40,000 bases of DNA from Bacillus phage PBS1, in the sequence record MF360957.1. One strand, 5' to 3'. Position numbers and translations under genes: made by a program. The notes under the pieces were generated by a model, which had not been told where the DNA came from, did no database searches, and saw nothing but the letters and a program-made list of their open reading frames with translations. Shown here one piece after another: positions 27,307-36,718 of the stretch (the first letter of the stretch is position 1; every line of letters begins with the position of its first letter).

Positions 27307-29352
27307 TTGGATAAACTTAAAATTCAGAAATTCATTATAAGTCTTAAACAAAAGAAAAATTTGAGTGCAGAAAAATTAGAAGAGGTCAAATCATTTCTAG
27401 ATAAGGCTTCAGAAGCCTATTATAACACTGGGCAAGAAATCTTATCTGATGATGAATTTGATGCCATTGCCAGAGAATTTAAACGTTTAGGTGGTAAATT
27501 AGATGTAGGTGCTAATCCACCTAAAGGAAAAGGAACAGTAGATGTATCTCATACATTTGCTGAGTTAGTTGGTACATTAGATAAAACAAATTTTATTTAT
27601 GAAAAGAACGTTGATGATCCAAGCAAGAAGAGTGTAGAAGAATGGCTAAACAATATTATCAAAAAGTTAGGGAATGATAAAGAATTTAGTCTAGGTATCA
27701 GTTTTAAATTTGATGGTAATTCGGTTGTTATTGAATATAAAGATGGAAAAGTAGTTAGAGCATTAACAAGAGGTAGAAATGGTCTAGGAATGGATTTAAC
27801 TCATGTCTTTAAAGATCATACTATTAAAAGAAAAGATCATGTAGGAATCAAATATGAAATCATTATTCCTTGGAAACGTTATGAAGACTTAATGAAAGAT
27901 ACTGGTGTATCATATGCTAATCCTAGATCATTAGTATCTGGTAAATTAGGTGACGATAATGCTTATGAGTATTATAAATATATGGAATTAGTTCCATTAT
28001 GGGTAAAACCTTACAATTCAACAATGGAAAGAACTGAACAGCTAGAATTTATTGAAGAAGCATTTGGGGAAGATAATAGTTTATTCAGTGATTATAGATT
28101 GATTGAAGGAGTAACAGGAAATAATTTAACTCCTTTTATGGAAGAATTAGAAGATATGTATGAAAAATATAATATTGAAAGATATAATCTTCCATTTATG
28201 ATAGATGGTTTAGTTATTGAAGTATTAGAAGAAGATATTAGAAATACATTAGGGTATGTAAATGATGAACCTAACTGGGCGACTGCTTTAAAATTCCCTT
28301 ATATGGAAAAAACTACTACTGTAACTGATTTTGATTTTACATTAGGTGACTCAGGAATTATTACTGCAAGAGTCTGGTATGAACCAGTAACTTTTAATGG
28401 AACTGAACACCGAAAACAATCTCTTCAGAACTATAAAAGATTTAAAGAGTTAGGTTTAGGAATTGGTAGCCAAATTCTAGTTCAGTATCGCAATGATTGT
28501 CTCAGCTATGTCGTTCCAATTTTAAATGAACACAATAAAAATATTTCTCCTCATCCTTATACTGATAAATGTCCAGTATGTGGCGGTGAAGTTGGAATTA
28601 CTAAAACTGGAGCATTTGCATATTGTAAGAATGAAACATGTGAGGGTAAAACAGTAGGCAAAATTCAGAACTATTTGACTAAGATGGATATTAAAGGAAT
28701 TAAAGAATCAACTATTGTCAAACTTCATAATGCAGGATTAGTAAAAAGTATCACTGATCTTTATACAATGGATTATGGAAAGATTGCTGAAGTAGACGGT
28801 TTAGGAGCAATTGCTTCAATTAATATTAGTGGTGCTATTAATAGTAAAATTCCATATGACTATGAAATTATTGGTGCATTAGGTATTAGTAGTTTTTCCA
28901 CATCCAAAGCTAAAGAACTTTGTAAAGTATTTTCTGTTCAAGAAATGCTTGATATACTTGAGAGTTATTATCCTGAAAATTTAATTAACAGTATCACTCA
29001 GCAAGAAGGATTTTCTGATATTACTGCTAACTATATTGTAGAGGGTTTACAAAAGAATAAAGAGACAATTGAATTTTTATTAAAAAGAGAACATAAAGTC
29101 TTTAAAACAGAATATGAAAAAATGGCTGGAGTACAAGCTATGAAGATTGTTTTTACTAACTTCCGTGACGAAGCAATGCAAATTCAATTAGAGATGGCTG
29201 GTCATAAAATTACAAGTGCAGTCTCAAGAAAAACTAATATTGTTGTAACCCCTAATCCAAACGGAAATACAGTTAAATTAAAGAAAGCAAGAGAATATGG
29301 AATTCGAATTGTAAGTGTAGATGAGTTTAAAGAAGAAATGGGAATTAGCTAA
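27307..29352 (+). CDS. ligA: NAD-dependent DNA ligase
   Basis: Adenylation motif FKFDGN; four-Cys zinc finger CPVCGGEVGITKTGAFAYCKNETC; HhH repeats; C-terminal BRCT-like domain; TTG start. Confidence 0.92.
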   Translation: MDKLKIQKFIISLKQKKNLSAEKLEEVKSFLDKASEAYYNTGQEILSDDEFDAIAREFKRLGGKLDVGANPPKGKGTVDVSHTFAELVGTLDKTNFIYEKNVDDPSKKSVEEWLNNIIKKLGNDKEFSLGISFKFDGNSVVIEYKDGKVVRALTRGRNGLGMDLTHVFKDHTIKRKDHVGIKYEIIIPWKRYEDLMKDTGVSYANPRSLVSGKLGDDNAYEYYKYMELVPLWVKPYNSTMERTEQLEFIEEAFGEDNSLFSDYRLIEGVTGNNLTPFMEELEDMYEKYNIERYNLPFMIDGLVIEVLEEDIRNTLGYVNDEPNWATALKFPYMEKTTTVTDFDFTLGDSGIITARVWYEPVTFNGTEHRKQSLQNYKRFKELGLGIGSQILVQYRNDCLSYVVPILNEHNKNISPHPYTDKCPVCGGEVGITKTGAFAYCKNETCEGKTVGKIQNYLTKMDIKGIKESTIVKLHNAGLVKSITDLYTMDYGKIAEVDGLGAIASINISGAINSKIPYDYEIIGALGISSFSTSKAKELCKVFSVQEMLDILESYYPENLINSITQQEGFSDITANYIVEGLQKNKETIEFLLKREHKVFKTEYEKMAGVQAMKIVFTNFRDEAMQIQLEMAGHKITSAVSRKTNIVVTPNPNGNTVKLKKAREYGIRIVSVDEFKEEMGIS

Positions 29353-29358
29353 TATAAA

Positions 29359-29399
29359 ATAAAGAGATTCTATTATAGAATCTCTTTATTTTTTTTTTT
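29359..29399. terminator. bidirectional hairpin terminator between convergent genes
   Basis: aataaagagattct-att-atagaatctctttatt then T run. Confidence 0.9.
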
Positions 29400-30205
29400 C
29401 AATTTACCATGGATATAATAGCACCATTAATAGATGATACAACTTTAGATAGAGATGCTAGTATTTTAGAATTAAGTTTAATTAATTCTGAGTGAACATG
29501 AATGGAACTTGATCCAATGAGATAACTTAATTCATAGTTATCCATTCTTGAAATTCTTTCTTTAATTACAGAAAGATTATCTTTTAATTCTTTCATTGTT
29601 CCTTCCACTTCAGCAATATTTTTATAAGATAATTTTAAGAATGTTAATAGTTTATCAATATCTTTTGTAGTATAAGATGAACTACTTTTATTATCAAGTT
29701 TTTCACCAATTGATCGACTTAAGCCATCTAAAGATACATCCATAGATGTTTTAAGAATACTAAATTGAGATGGATCAGTAATGGTAGACATTCGATTATG
29801 ACTATCCATTAGTTTTTTGTAATAAGGATCATCTGAAAATGAACTAATAGTTTTTAATATTTTGTCTGGATCAATTTCAATTGTAACTTTCTTTCCACTT
29901 GTAAAGTCACTTTCGTGAATCTTCTTTTCTAATTCTGATGTCTTTTTGGCTAATTTAGAAGCAAATTTCTTAAGCTGTGTATTAATCCATTCTTTTATCC
30001 TCTGGATCAATTCAGACAATTTTTTGATGATCTTTTTTAATCCATTAGATAAACCCTCATTAAGTAATTCAGTATTTTCTTTAAGTAGGTTATTGTGATG
30101 CTTGATAATTAAATTTCTTTCTTCAAGATTCATTTCATTAATTAAGTTCATTAAGAAAATGTTCTCTTCATTTAGACTAATAAGAAAGTCGGTTGTTAAG
30201 TCCAT
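29399..30205 (-). CDS. hypothetical coiled-coil protein, possibly structural
   Basis: 268 aa ORF rich in predicted helices. Confidence 0.6.
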   Translation of the reverse strand: MDLTTDFLISLNEENIFLMNLINEMNLEERNLIIKHHNNLLKENTELLNEGLSNGLKKIIKKLSELIQRIKEWINTQLKKFASKLAKKTSELEKKIHESDFTSGKKVTIEIDPDKILKTISSFSDDPYYKKLMDSHNRMSTITDPSQFSILKTSMDVSLDGLSRSIGEKLDNKSSSSYTTKDIDKLLTFLKLSYKNIAEVEGTMKELKDNLSVIKERISRMDNYELSYLIGSSSIHVHSELIKLNSKILASLSKVVSSINGAIISMVN

Positions 30206-30231
30206 AAATATAAACCTCCAATTTTATACTT

Positions 30232-30243
30232 TTTATTAAATTG
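30232..30243 (-). promoter_or_regulatory. candidate phage RNAP promoter
   Basis: AACAatttaaTA on minus strand upstream of ORF 29399-30205. Confidence 0.4.
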
Positions 30244-30304
30244 TTCTAATAGAAATATAAATATATATTATTATACTGATCAATTTGTAAAGGAGAGAAT
30301 TTCA

Positions 30305-30508
30305 ATGAGTTTATCTGATTCTATTGGAGTTGGAAGAGTAACAAAATTGGATAAGGATGAATTAAAAAGAGAACTTGAAAAATTCTATAATACTTCTAAT
30401 CATCCTAAAAGAGAAAAATTATTTGAACTTGCTTGGGAATATGGACACGGTCATGGTAGTCATGAAGTGGATTTTTATTATGATGATTTAATTGATCTTA
30501 TTCGATAA
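30305..30508 (+). CDS. hypothetical protein
   Basis: 67 aa ORF with SD aaaggag. Confidence 0.65.
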   Translation: MSLSDSIGVGRVTKLDKDELKRELEKFYNTSNHPKREKLFELAWEYGHGHGSHEVDFYYDDLIDLIR

Positions 30509-30523
30509 AAAGGAGAGAATAAA

Positions 30524-30670
30524 GTGAAAGAAAAAATCGGTATACTTTTAGAGAAGATTAAAGACATGAACATCAACTTTAATCATGGCGGTGTAAATAT
30601 AGTTATTAATGAAGAAGGATTTAAATTAAATGTTGCTAAGAAGGAACAAAAGAAATTAGAGAATAAATAA
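30524..30670 (+). CDS. small hypothetical protein (48 aa), GTG start, not in supplied ORF track
   Basis: SD aaaaggagag upstream; MKEKIGILLEKIKDMNINFNHGGVNIVINEEGFKLNVAKKEQKKLENK. Confidence 0.6.
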   Translation: MKEKIGILLEKIKDMNINFNHGGVNIVINEEGFKLNVAKKEQKKLENK

Positions 30671-30682
30671 TTGGGAAATGAA

Positions 30683-30712
30683 AAATTAGGGAAGAATATT
30701 CTTCCCTAATTT
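30683..30712. terminator. perfect 30-nt palindrome, terminator-like
   Basis: aaattagggaagaatattcttccctaattt. Confidence 0.65.
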
Positions 30713-30743
30713 GTTTATACTAATATAAAAAGGAGGTTAATAT

Positions 30744-31280
30744 ATGTCTATTAATAGACAAGATGTAATTGACCAACTATGGGAAAGAAGATCAAATGAT
30801 TATGTGCTTAAAGATGATAGAGAAGAATTTGAGCTTGATGAAATAGTAAAAGTAACGCACCGTCATCAAATTTTTGAAAAAGATCTTCATGATGTTGAAT
30901 TTAAATTACAGCATTTACTTGAAAGAAGTATTACATGTCCTATTTGTCAACCTAATACTCAGCATGAAGCTGGTGTAAAAGTCTTAAGAGATTATTTTAA
31001 GAATAAACTTCAATTGGCAGATGAAGAAATTCAAGAAAAGGCTATTGAAACAGATAAAGGACATGTATTTGATTTTCTAATATTTGATCGTTTAGTAGTA
31101 CATTATTTTGATCCATCTTATTATGTAAACTTTACAAGAGAATCAGATGAAATGGTAGATTTAATGGCAGAATTTGTTGATTCAGATGATTATGATTTAC
31201 TCCCCGTAAACTATGCTGATATTACCAATATTTTAGCAGGTGGAGATTTAGAGTTAAATCCAGATGAAGATGAAGAATGA
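30744..31280 (+). CDS. hypothetical protein
   Basis: 178 aa ORF with SD aaaggagg. Confidence 0.7.
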   Translation: MSINRQDVIDQLWERRSNDYVLKDDREEFELDEIVKVTHRHQIFEKDLHDVEFKLQHLLERSITCPICQPNTQHEAGVKVLRDYFKNKLQLADEEIQEKAIETDKGHVFDFLIFDRLVVHYFDPSYYVNFTRESDEMVDLMAEFVDSDDYDLLPVNYADITNILAGGDLELNPDEDEE

Positions 31281-31305
31281 CAGAAGGTTTAAATAAACCT
31301 TCTGT
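31280..31305 (+). terminator. hairpin terminator
   Basis: acagaaggtttaaataaaccttctgt. Confidence 0.65.
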
Positions 31306-31333
31306 TATATTTATTTAAAGGAGAGAGGATTAG

Positions 31334-32137
31334 ATGATTACTAAAAGACAAGTTGAAAGGGTATTCAAAGTTGCTTTACAAGAACAAGGAAAGAAAAATG
31401 ATTACATAAGAGAAATTGCAAGAAGTTATAAAGGGCATTTTAAAACATTTAACTTTTCTGATTTTGAAAATTTTGCAAAGAATTTAGATAATAAAATGTA
31501 TGAAAAAGCATTCAGAAAGTTTAAAAAAGATTTTAAAGATGATACATTAGAATTATATCTACCTTTTGATAATATGGAAATTATCTTTAATAATGGAGAT
31601 GGTTTAGTTCCACTAGGTAAGAAAGAAAGATATGAGATTATTAGGATCTTCATTACAAAGATTAAAGGAACTATTTATATTACTTCACATATTCTTGATA
31701 ATGAAGAAAAGAAATTATACAATAATTATATTACTTTAGAAAATGGTATTCTTGGAGGAATTCATGGTGAAGGAATGTTATCTGATAATTTAGCATCATT
31801 TGATTTATTTGTAAATCTAATGGTATGGCTAGATTATATCAATGGAAGTTACAGTGTAAAAATTATTGATAATAAGAGTCTTCCAAGAGAAGAAAGAAGA
31901 CGTGTTAAAAGGGAATATCAAAAAGCAAGTGGCACTATTAATTTAAACTCAAAAGAATTAATTAAAAGATATATTAGGGAAAAAGAATCAAATAAAAGAG
32001 GTAGTAAAATCACCAAGCAATTTGAAGTCAGAGGTCATTGGGTACACCGTAAAGATGGAACTAAATATTGGAGAAGAGGTTATGTAAAGGGTAAACATTT
32101 AGAAGAGAAAACAAACAAAGATTATAATATTAGCTAG
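31334..32137 (+). CDS. hypothetical protein with C-terminal HWVHRKDGTKYWRRGYVKG motif
   Basis: 267 aa ORF. Confidence 0.7.
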   Translation: MITKRQVERVFKVALQEQGKKNDYIREIARSYKGHFKTFNFSDFENFAKNLDNKMYEKAFRKFKKDFKDDTLELYLPFDNMEIIFNNGDGLVPLGKKERYEIIRIFITKIKGTIYITSHILDNEEKKLYNNYITLENGILGGIHGEGMLSDNLASFDLFVNLMVWLDYINGSYSVKIIDNKSLPREERRRVKREYQKASGTINLNSKELIKRYIREKESNKRGSKITKQFEVRGHWVHRKDGTKYWRRGYVKGKHLEEKTNKDYNIS

Positions 32138-32237
32138 GAGGCTTAATATTTGTTAATCAATAGTTATGTATTATTTAGAGATATCATTTTAGGAATGCAA
32201 TCTGGTTATAATGTAGTGGAAATAATTGTAAATTATA

Positions 32238-32498
32238 TTGCGGGAGAAAAATATGGAAAAACCAATTTTAGTACTTCTAGAAGGTGAGTATCACCGTAGA
32301 AAGAATATACTAGTAACTACCGATGTGAGAAAAGTTGCAAGGGAATATGTAATTTTATTATTAGAAGATGATTGGATAAATTATCCACATGTAGAAATTT
32401 GGAGGGATGGTCAGGAAATAAAATACTTTGATGAAAAAATTACAAATGAAAAAAAGTTAGTAAAGATATTAAGTAAATATGCATATAAGAAAGCATAA
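32238..32498 (+). CDS. hypothetical protein
   Basis: 86 aa ORF; likely start MEKPILV. Confidence 0.6.
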   Translation: MREKNMEKPILVLLEGEYHRRKNILVTTDVRKVAREYVILLLEDDWINYPHVEIWRDGQEIKYFDEKITNEKKLVKILSKYAYKKA

Positions 32499-32499
32499 T

Positions 32500-32545
32500 C
32501 AAGAAGTAATCATAGTAGACCTATATCTACTATGATTACTTCATT
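32500..32545. terminator. bidirectional hairpin terminator between convergent genes
   Basis: gaagtaatcatagtag-acctatat-ctactatgattacttc. Confidence 0.8.
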
Positions 32546-32551
32546 TTAAAT

Positions 32552-32848
32552 TTATTTTTTTAAAGGTTCTTGAAGGTGCTTTTTAAGTGTATCAAAAGTT
32601 TTAAATGAAGCTCGGCGTGAAGCAGGAATTGTCATTGGTTCACGAGTACTAGGGTTATGTCCTTCATAAGATTCACGATAAGTTACAGTGAATTTACCAA
32701 GTTTAGGAATAGAAACAGTTGTTTCTTGTTCTTTGTTAACTTCTTTGTAGATCAATCCTACAAAAGCATTAAACATTTCCTCAGCTTGTTTTTTAGTAAC
32801 TCCCGGTACTTCTTCTTTAATATGTTGTGCGATTTGATTGACATTCAT
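32552..32848 (-). CDS. HU/IHF-family DNA-binding protein
   Basis: VTKKQAEEMFNAFVGLI...VSIPKLGKFTVTYR...GHNPSTREPMTIPASRRASFK. Confidence 0.88.
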   Translation of the reverse strand: MNVNQIAQHIKEEVPGVTKKQAEEMFNAFVGLIYKEVNKEQETTVSIPKLGKFTVTYRESYEGHNPSTREPMTIPASRRASFKTFDTLKKHLQEPLKK

Positions 32849-32931
32849 TATAATGTCCTCCTTAGAATTTATAATTTTTATTTTATCCTAAATCAATATC
32901 TTATAAACAAGATTCTGATTAAGAATTTTTC

Positions 32932-32943
32932 TATAAATTTGTT
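32932..32943 (-). promoter_or_regulatory. candidate phage RNAP promoter
   Basis: AACAaatttaTA on minus strand upstream of the HU-like gene. Confidence 0.4.
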
Positions 32944-33193
32944 CTAGAACCCACATATATTTTTTAATTTTTTCGAAAAATATATAGGGGAGAACTATAG
33001 AAATTTATTTATATATTTGTTACATGCAAATTATAATATTTAAAAAGTTATGAAAATATATATTATTTATAAGATAAAATAAGTAATTAAAGGAGGTGTT
33101 TAAAATGTAAATTATATTAAAATCGGTATAATAGAAAGAGAGAATTTAAATTGGGAATATACAAGTAATACAAAAATTAGGAGGAATTTCAAC

Positions 33194-33448
33194 ATGACAA
33201 ATTTATCTGACATCATTGAAAAAGAAACAGGAAAACAACTAGTGATTCAAGAATCAATTCTAATGTTACCAGAAGAAGTAGAGGAAGTAATTGGGAATAA
33301 ACCAGAAAGTGATATTTTAGTTCATACTGCTTATGATGAAAGTACAGATGAAAATGTAATGCTATTAACTTCAGATGCTCCAGAATATAAACCTTGGGCT
33401 TTAGTAATTCAAGACAGTAATGGAGAAAATAAAATTAAAATGTTATAA
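33194..33448 (+). CDS. hypothetical protein
   Basis: 84 aa ORF with SD aggagg. Confidence 0.65.
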   Translation: MTNLSDIIEKETGKQLVIQESILMLPEEVEEVIGNKPESDILVHTAYDESTDENVMLLTSDAPEYKPWALVIQDSNGENKIKML

Positions 33449-33461
33449 GTATAAATATTAG

Positions 33462-33490
33462 TGTATAGGAATATTCCTATACACTAATAA
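33462..33490 (+). terminator. hairpin terminator
   Basis: agtgtataggaatattcctatacact. Confidence 0.7.
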
Positions 33491-33702
33491 TTCTTTTATT
33501 AAAAAAAAATTTATTTTTATTTCCATTTCATTGAATTTTATGTTATAATAAGTAGAGAATTATAAATTATTCTCCTAACTTTTTATGTAAACTCATAAAA
33601 ATATAATATAGGTTTTGATAGGTAATAATATAAAATTAATATTATTATATATTAAATTTTAATAAAATAATTATATAATAATATTATAGGAGGAAAACAT
33701 TT

Positions 33703-35193
33703 GTGATCAGTAATTTTAGAAAGTTTCATGGTAATAAGAATCAAGAAAAATTTAATGAAAATCTTATTCTTAATAAAGAGAATGAAAGTATTTTAAATTA
33801 TTTAGATCCTATTTGTAAGACGTTAGAGATCATCCCAGAGATTACATATCTTGGATCATCTGTAGAACCAATTAATAAAGTATATAAATTTAATAAAGAA
33901 GAGAAGACATCTGATATTGAACGTTCAGAATTGCAATTAATTAAAATGTCCTTCCTTATTGAAAAAGATGATAAGAAAGAAGAAATAAATAAATTTATTT
34001 ACTTTCCAAAATTAATTGATTCACAGTACTTTATTATTAATGGTAATAGATATTATCCAATCTATCAATTACTTGATAGTGGTACTTATCGTACTAATAA
34101 GGCTCTCACACTTAAAACATTACTTATGCCAATTGTTCTAAGAGAAAAGAAAGAGACATTTGATGATATTAATGGTGAAACACATACAATGTTAAATGTT
34201 GATCTTGATTTATTTAAGAGTAAAGTTCCATTCTTAATATACTTCTTCTCTAAATTTGGATTTGAAGGAACTCTTGAATATTTTGGTTTACAAGATTTAA
34301 TTCATGTCTTAATGAAAGAAGATTTAGATCAATTGGATGAAGATGAAATTAATGATAATGTAATTTTTATGATTACTAAAAATATTTCCTTAGTTGTTGA
34401 TAAGAATTTCTTTAGTAATAAAAATAATCAGATTATTATTGCCACATTACTTAACTGCTTTAATACTAGAATTAAAATTGATAAGATTTATGAAAAAGAT
34501 TATTGGGTGAAGAAACTCGGTGGTTACTTTACTACTAATAATAGTAATAAGCAAGAAAAAGGAGAAGGAATTATTCTTTCATTTGAACGTATTCTTGATG
34601 AATGGACTAAGAAAATTTTGCGTACAGAGGAAAAGAATAAGGAAGATATTTATTCAGTAGTTAGATGGATGATTAATAATTATCTTGCTTTAGTAAAACA
34701 AGATAACATGAACTTGGCTAATAAGAGAATCAGACTATATGAGTATCTCTTACATCCATTACTAATCAAATTCAGTAAAGGTACTTATCGTGTTTTAAAT
34801 AATCGTAATTCTAATAAGTTTGAGAAGATTAAAACGATTTTTAGTAACATCCAAGAAGGTTTCCTAGTAAAGAAAATTATCAATAATGAATTATTACGTT
34901 ATGATAATAGTGTAAATAGCATTAGTCTTTTCACGCTGATTCTAAGATATACACAATCTGGTCCACAAAGTCCTTTTAGTTCTAATAGTACAAACAATAA
35001 ACTTAGAGGACTTCATCCATCTTACTTAGGGAGATTAGGTTTAACTTCTACTTCTGCTGGTGATCCGGGAGCCAGTGGTTCTTTGACTCCTTTCTTAGAA
35101 CTTCCTGAGAATAGTTATATGCATTTTACAGAAGAACCAGAAATTAATTTGAATATTGATGATATCTCAATTGATGAAGTTATTGAATCTTAA
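33703..35193 (+). CDS. phage-encoded multisubunit RNA polymerase, beta subunit N-terminal half
   Basis: C-terminal NNKLRGLHPSYLGRLGLTSTSAGDPGASGSLTPFLEL matches RpoB [28 protein letters not shown]; upstream FYFPKLIDSQYFIINGNRYYPIYQL resembles IxGxERVIxxQ region. Confidence 0.88.
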   Translation: MISNFRKFHGNKNQEKFNENLILNKENESILNYLDPICKTLEIIPEITYLGSSVEPINKVYKFNKEEKTSDIERSELQLIKMSFLIEKDDKKEEINKFIYFPKLIDSQYFIINGNRYYPIYQLLDSGTYRTNKALTLKTLLMPIVLREKKETFDDINGETHTMLNVDLDLFKSKVPFLIYFFSKFGFEGTLEYFGLQDLIHVLMKEDLDQLDEDEINDNVIFMITKNISLVVDKNFFSNKNNQIIIATLLNCFNTRIKIDKIYEKDYWVKKLGGYFTTNNSNKQEKGEGIILSFERILDEWTKKILRTEEKNKEDIYSVVRWMINNYLALVKQDNMNLANKRIRLYEYLLHPLLIKFSKGTYRVLNNRNSNKFEKIKTIFSNIQEGFLVKKIINNELLRYDNSVNSISLFTLILRYTQSGPQSPFSSNSTNNKLRGLHPSYLGRLGLTSTSAGDPGASGSLTPFLELPENSYMHFTEEPEINLNIDDISIDEVIES

Positions 35194-35202
35194 TTATAAT
35201 AT

Positions 35203-35436
35203 TTGGGAGGAAAAATAATGAAAGATCTTATTGATGAGTTATATAGTGAAAAATGGTCGGCTGAAAATGAACTGAGTAAACAAAAAGATCATGTTAAAAA
35301 TATTACGAATAAATTAAATAGAGAACTTATTCGTAAAGCCGCTTCTGACATTGTTAAATATTCTGATGAAGGAAAATTGGATAATTGGTCAGTAGAATTA
35401 GTTATAAATGATCTTCTATCTAAGATGAGAAACTAG
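35203..35436 (+). CDS. hypothetical protein
   Basis: 77 aa ORF; likely start ATG at 35218 after ggaggaaaaataatg. Confidence 0.65.
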   Translation: MGGKIMKDLIDELYSEKWSAENELSKQKDHVKNITNKLNRELIRKAASDIVKYSDEGKLDNWSVELVINDLLSKMRN

Positions 35437-35445
35437 ATAATACAA

Positions 35446-35482
35446 AAAGCCATACTAATTAGTATGGCTTTATTTTTTTAAA
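35446..35482 (+). terminator. hairpin terminator
   Basis: aaaaagccatactaattagtatggctttattttttt. Confidence 0.85.
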
Positions 35483-35497
35483 GGGAGAGCATTAAAA

Positions 35498-35893
35498 ATG
35501 AAAAAAGAAGGAAAACTTATTATTATAACTGGTGATTTAACTTATAGATCTGCTTATTCTTTATTTCCCGCATTTAATAATATTATTGATTTAAATTCAT
35601 TTCATCCTTTGCAATTTAAAGAATGTTTATTAGATATACTTGAGAGCATTAAAAATGGTTCAGAAATTCTTTTAATAATTAATAGTGATGTTGCTATTAG
35701 TATTCTTAATAACATTCTTATTACTAATAGTAAAAATTATCCTCTAAATATAATAAAATTATATGAAATAAATAAGTTTGAAATGAAAGAAATTAGTTTT
35801 GGAAAATTAGGTTATGAAATTGAATGGATGAATGGTTTCTTAAATAACTTATTTGAAGAAACATTAGAAATTCAAGAAAAAATTAGTGAATAG
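35498..35893 (+). CDS. hypothetical protein
   Basis: 131 aa ORF. Confidence 0.65.
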   Translation: MKKEGKLIIITGDLTYRSAYSLFPAFNNIIDLNSFHPLQFKECLLDILESIKNGSEILLIINSDVAISILNNILITNSKNYPLNIIKLYEINKFEMKEISFGKLGYEIEWMNGFLNNLFEETLEIQEKISE

Positions 35894-35977
35894 TTATTTA
35901 CCGTATTAAAAATATTTTTCAAGCATATATTATATTCCTGTAATACCAGACTATTTAAAAGAGGAGGAATATAATAT

Positions 35978-36322
35978 ATGCCTAACACCAAATCAGAACT
36001 GACAGAATTCAAAGATCCTCTACTGGTCACGAATCATTTCACAAAAGAAAAACGAATTTTTCTAAGAAAGACGCTTGGTGAAGATTATAGTATCCTAAGT
36101 AGCTCTGAACTTATTAATGAAATCGATAATGATCCATTAGAATTTCTTGATAGAAAGGGGGTTAATAAATACGATTTGGTAATATTTGATACTGGTAGTA
36201 ATATAAATGAAAAAATTCTAGACTCAGTTTCCTCAAAACCACTAACTCTTCAAAGAACCACAAAAACTACTCCATCATTCAAGCTTCTAGAATTTCATAA
36301 TGATAAATTTAATATAATTTAA
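35978..36322 (+). CDS. hypothetical protein
   Basis: 114 aa ORF with SD gaggaggaa. Confidence 0.65.
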   Translation: MPNTKSELTEFKDPLLVTNHFTKEKRIFLRKTLGEDYSILSSSELINEIDNDPLEFLDRKGVNKYDLVIFDTGSNINEKILDSVSSKPLTLQRTTKTTPSFKLLEFHNDKFNII

Positions 36323-36354
36323 AATAAAAGGATAATCTTAGTGATTATCCTTTT
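36323..36354 (+). terminator. hairpin terminator
   Basis: aaaggataatc-ttagt-gattatccttttt. Confidence 0.8.
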
Positions 36355-36389
36355 TACATATTCAAAGATTTTAATGGGGGAATATTGGA

Positions 36390-36716
36390 ATGGATATTAA
36401 TGGTAGAGTAATATTAGCCGCAATTGCGGTTATTGTGGGAGGTACAGTATTAATTAGTATAATACCTTTCTCAAGCTTTATAATTATTGCATGTATAATA
36501 GGAGCTGTAATACCTTGGATTCTTCCTAGAAGGGATGAACAAATTCAACAATACAACCAAGAACAAGAGTATTATATAAAATTAGAAGAAGAGAATTTAA
36601 AACTTAGAGAACAGTTAAACCTAGAAGAAGAAAACCTAAGATTAAAAGAAAGATTAAAACTAGAGGAAGAAAATCTAAAACTAAGAGAAGAATTAGAAAA
36701 ATTAAAGGAGAAATAA
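36390..36716 (+). CDS. membrane protein with C-terminal coiled-coil repeats
   Basis: Two hydrophobic segments then EEENLKLREQLNLEEENLRLKERLKLEEENLKLREELEKLKEK. Confidence 0.7.
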   Translation: MDINGRVILAAIAVIVGGTVLISIIPFSSFIIIACIIGAVIPWILPRRDEQIQQYNQEQEYYIKLEEENLKLREQLNLEEENLRLKERLKLEEENLKLREELEKLKEK

Positions 36717-36718
36717 AA

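Noticed and set aside
32657-32947. 96-aa plus-strand ORF
   Set aside because: Antisense to the well supported HU-like gene.
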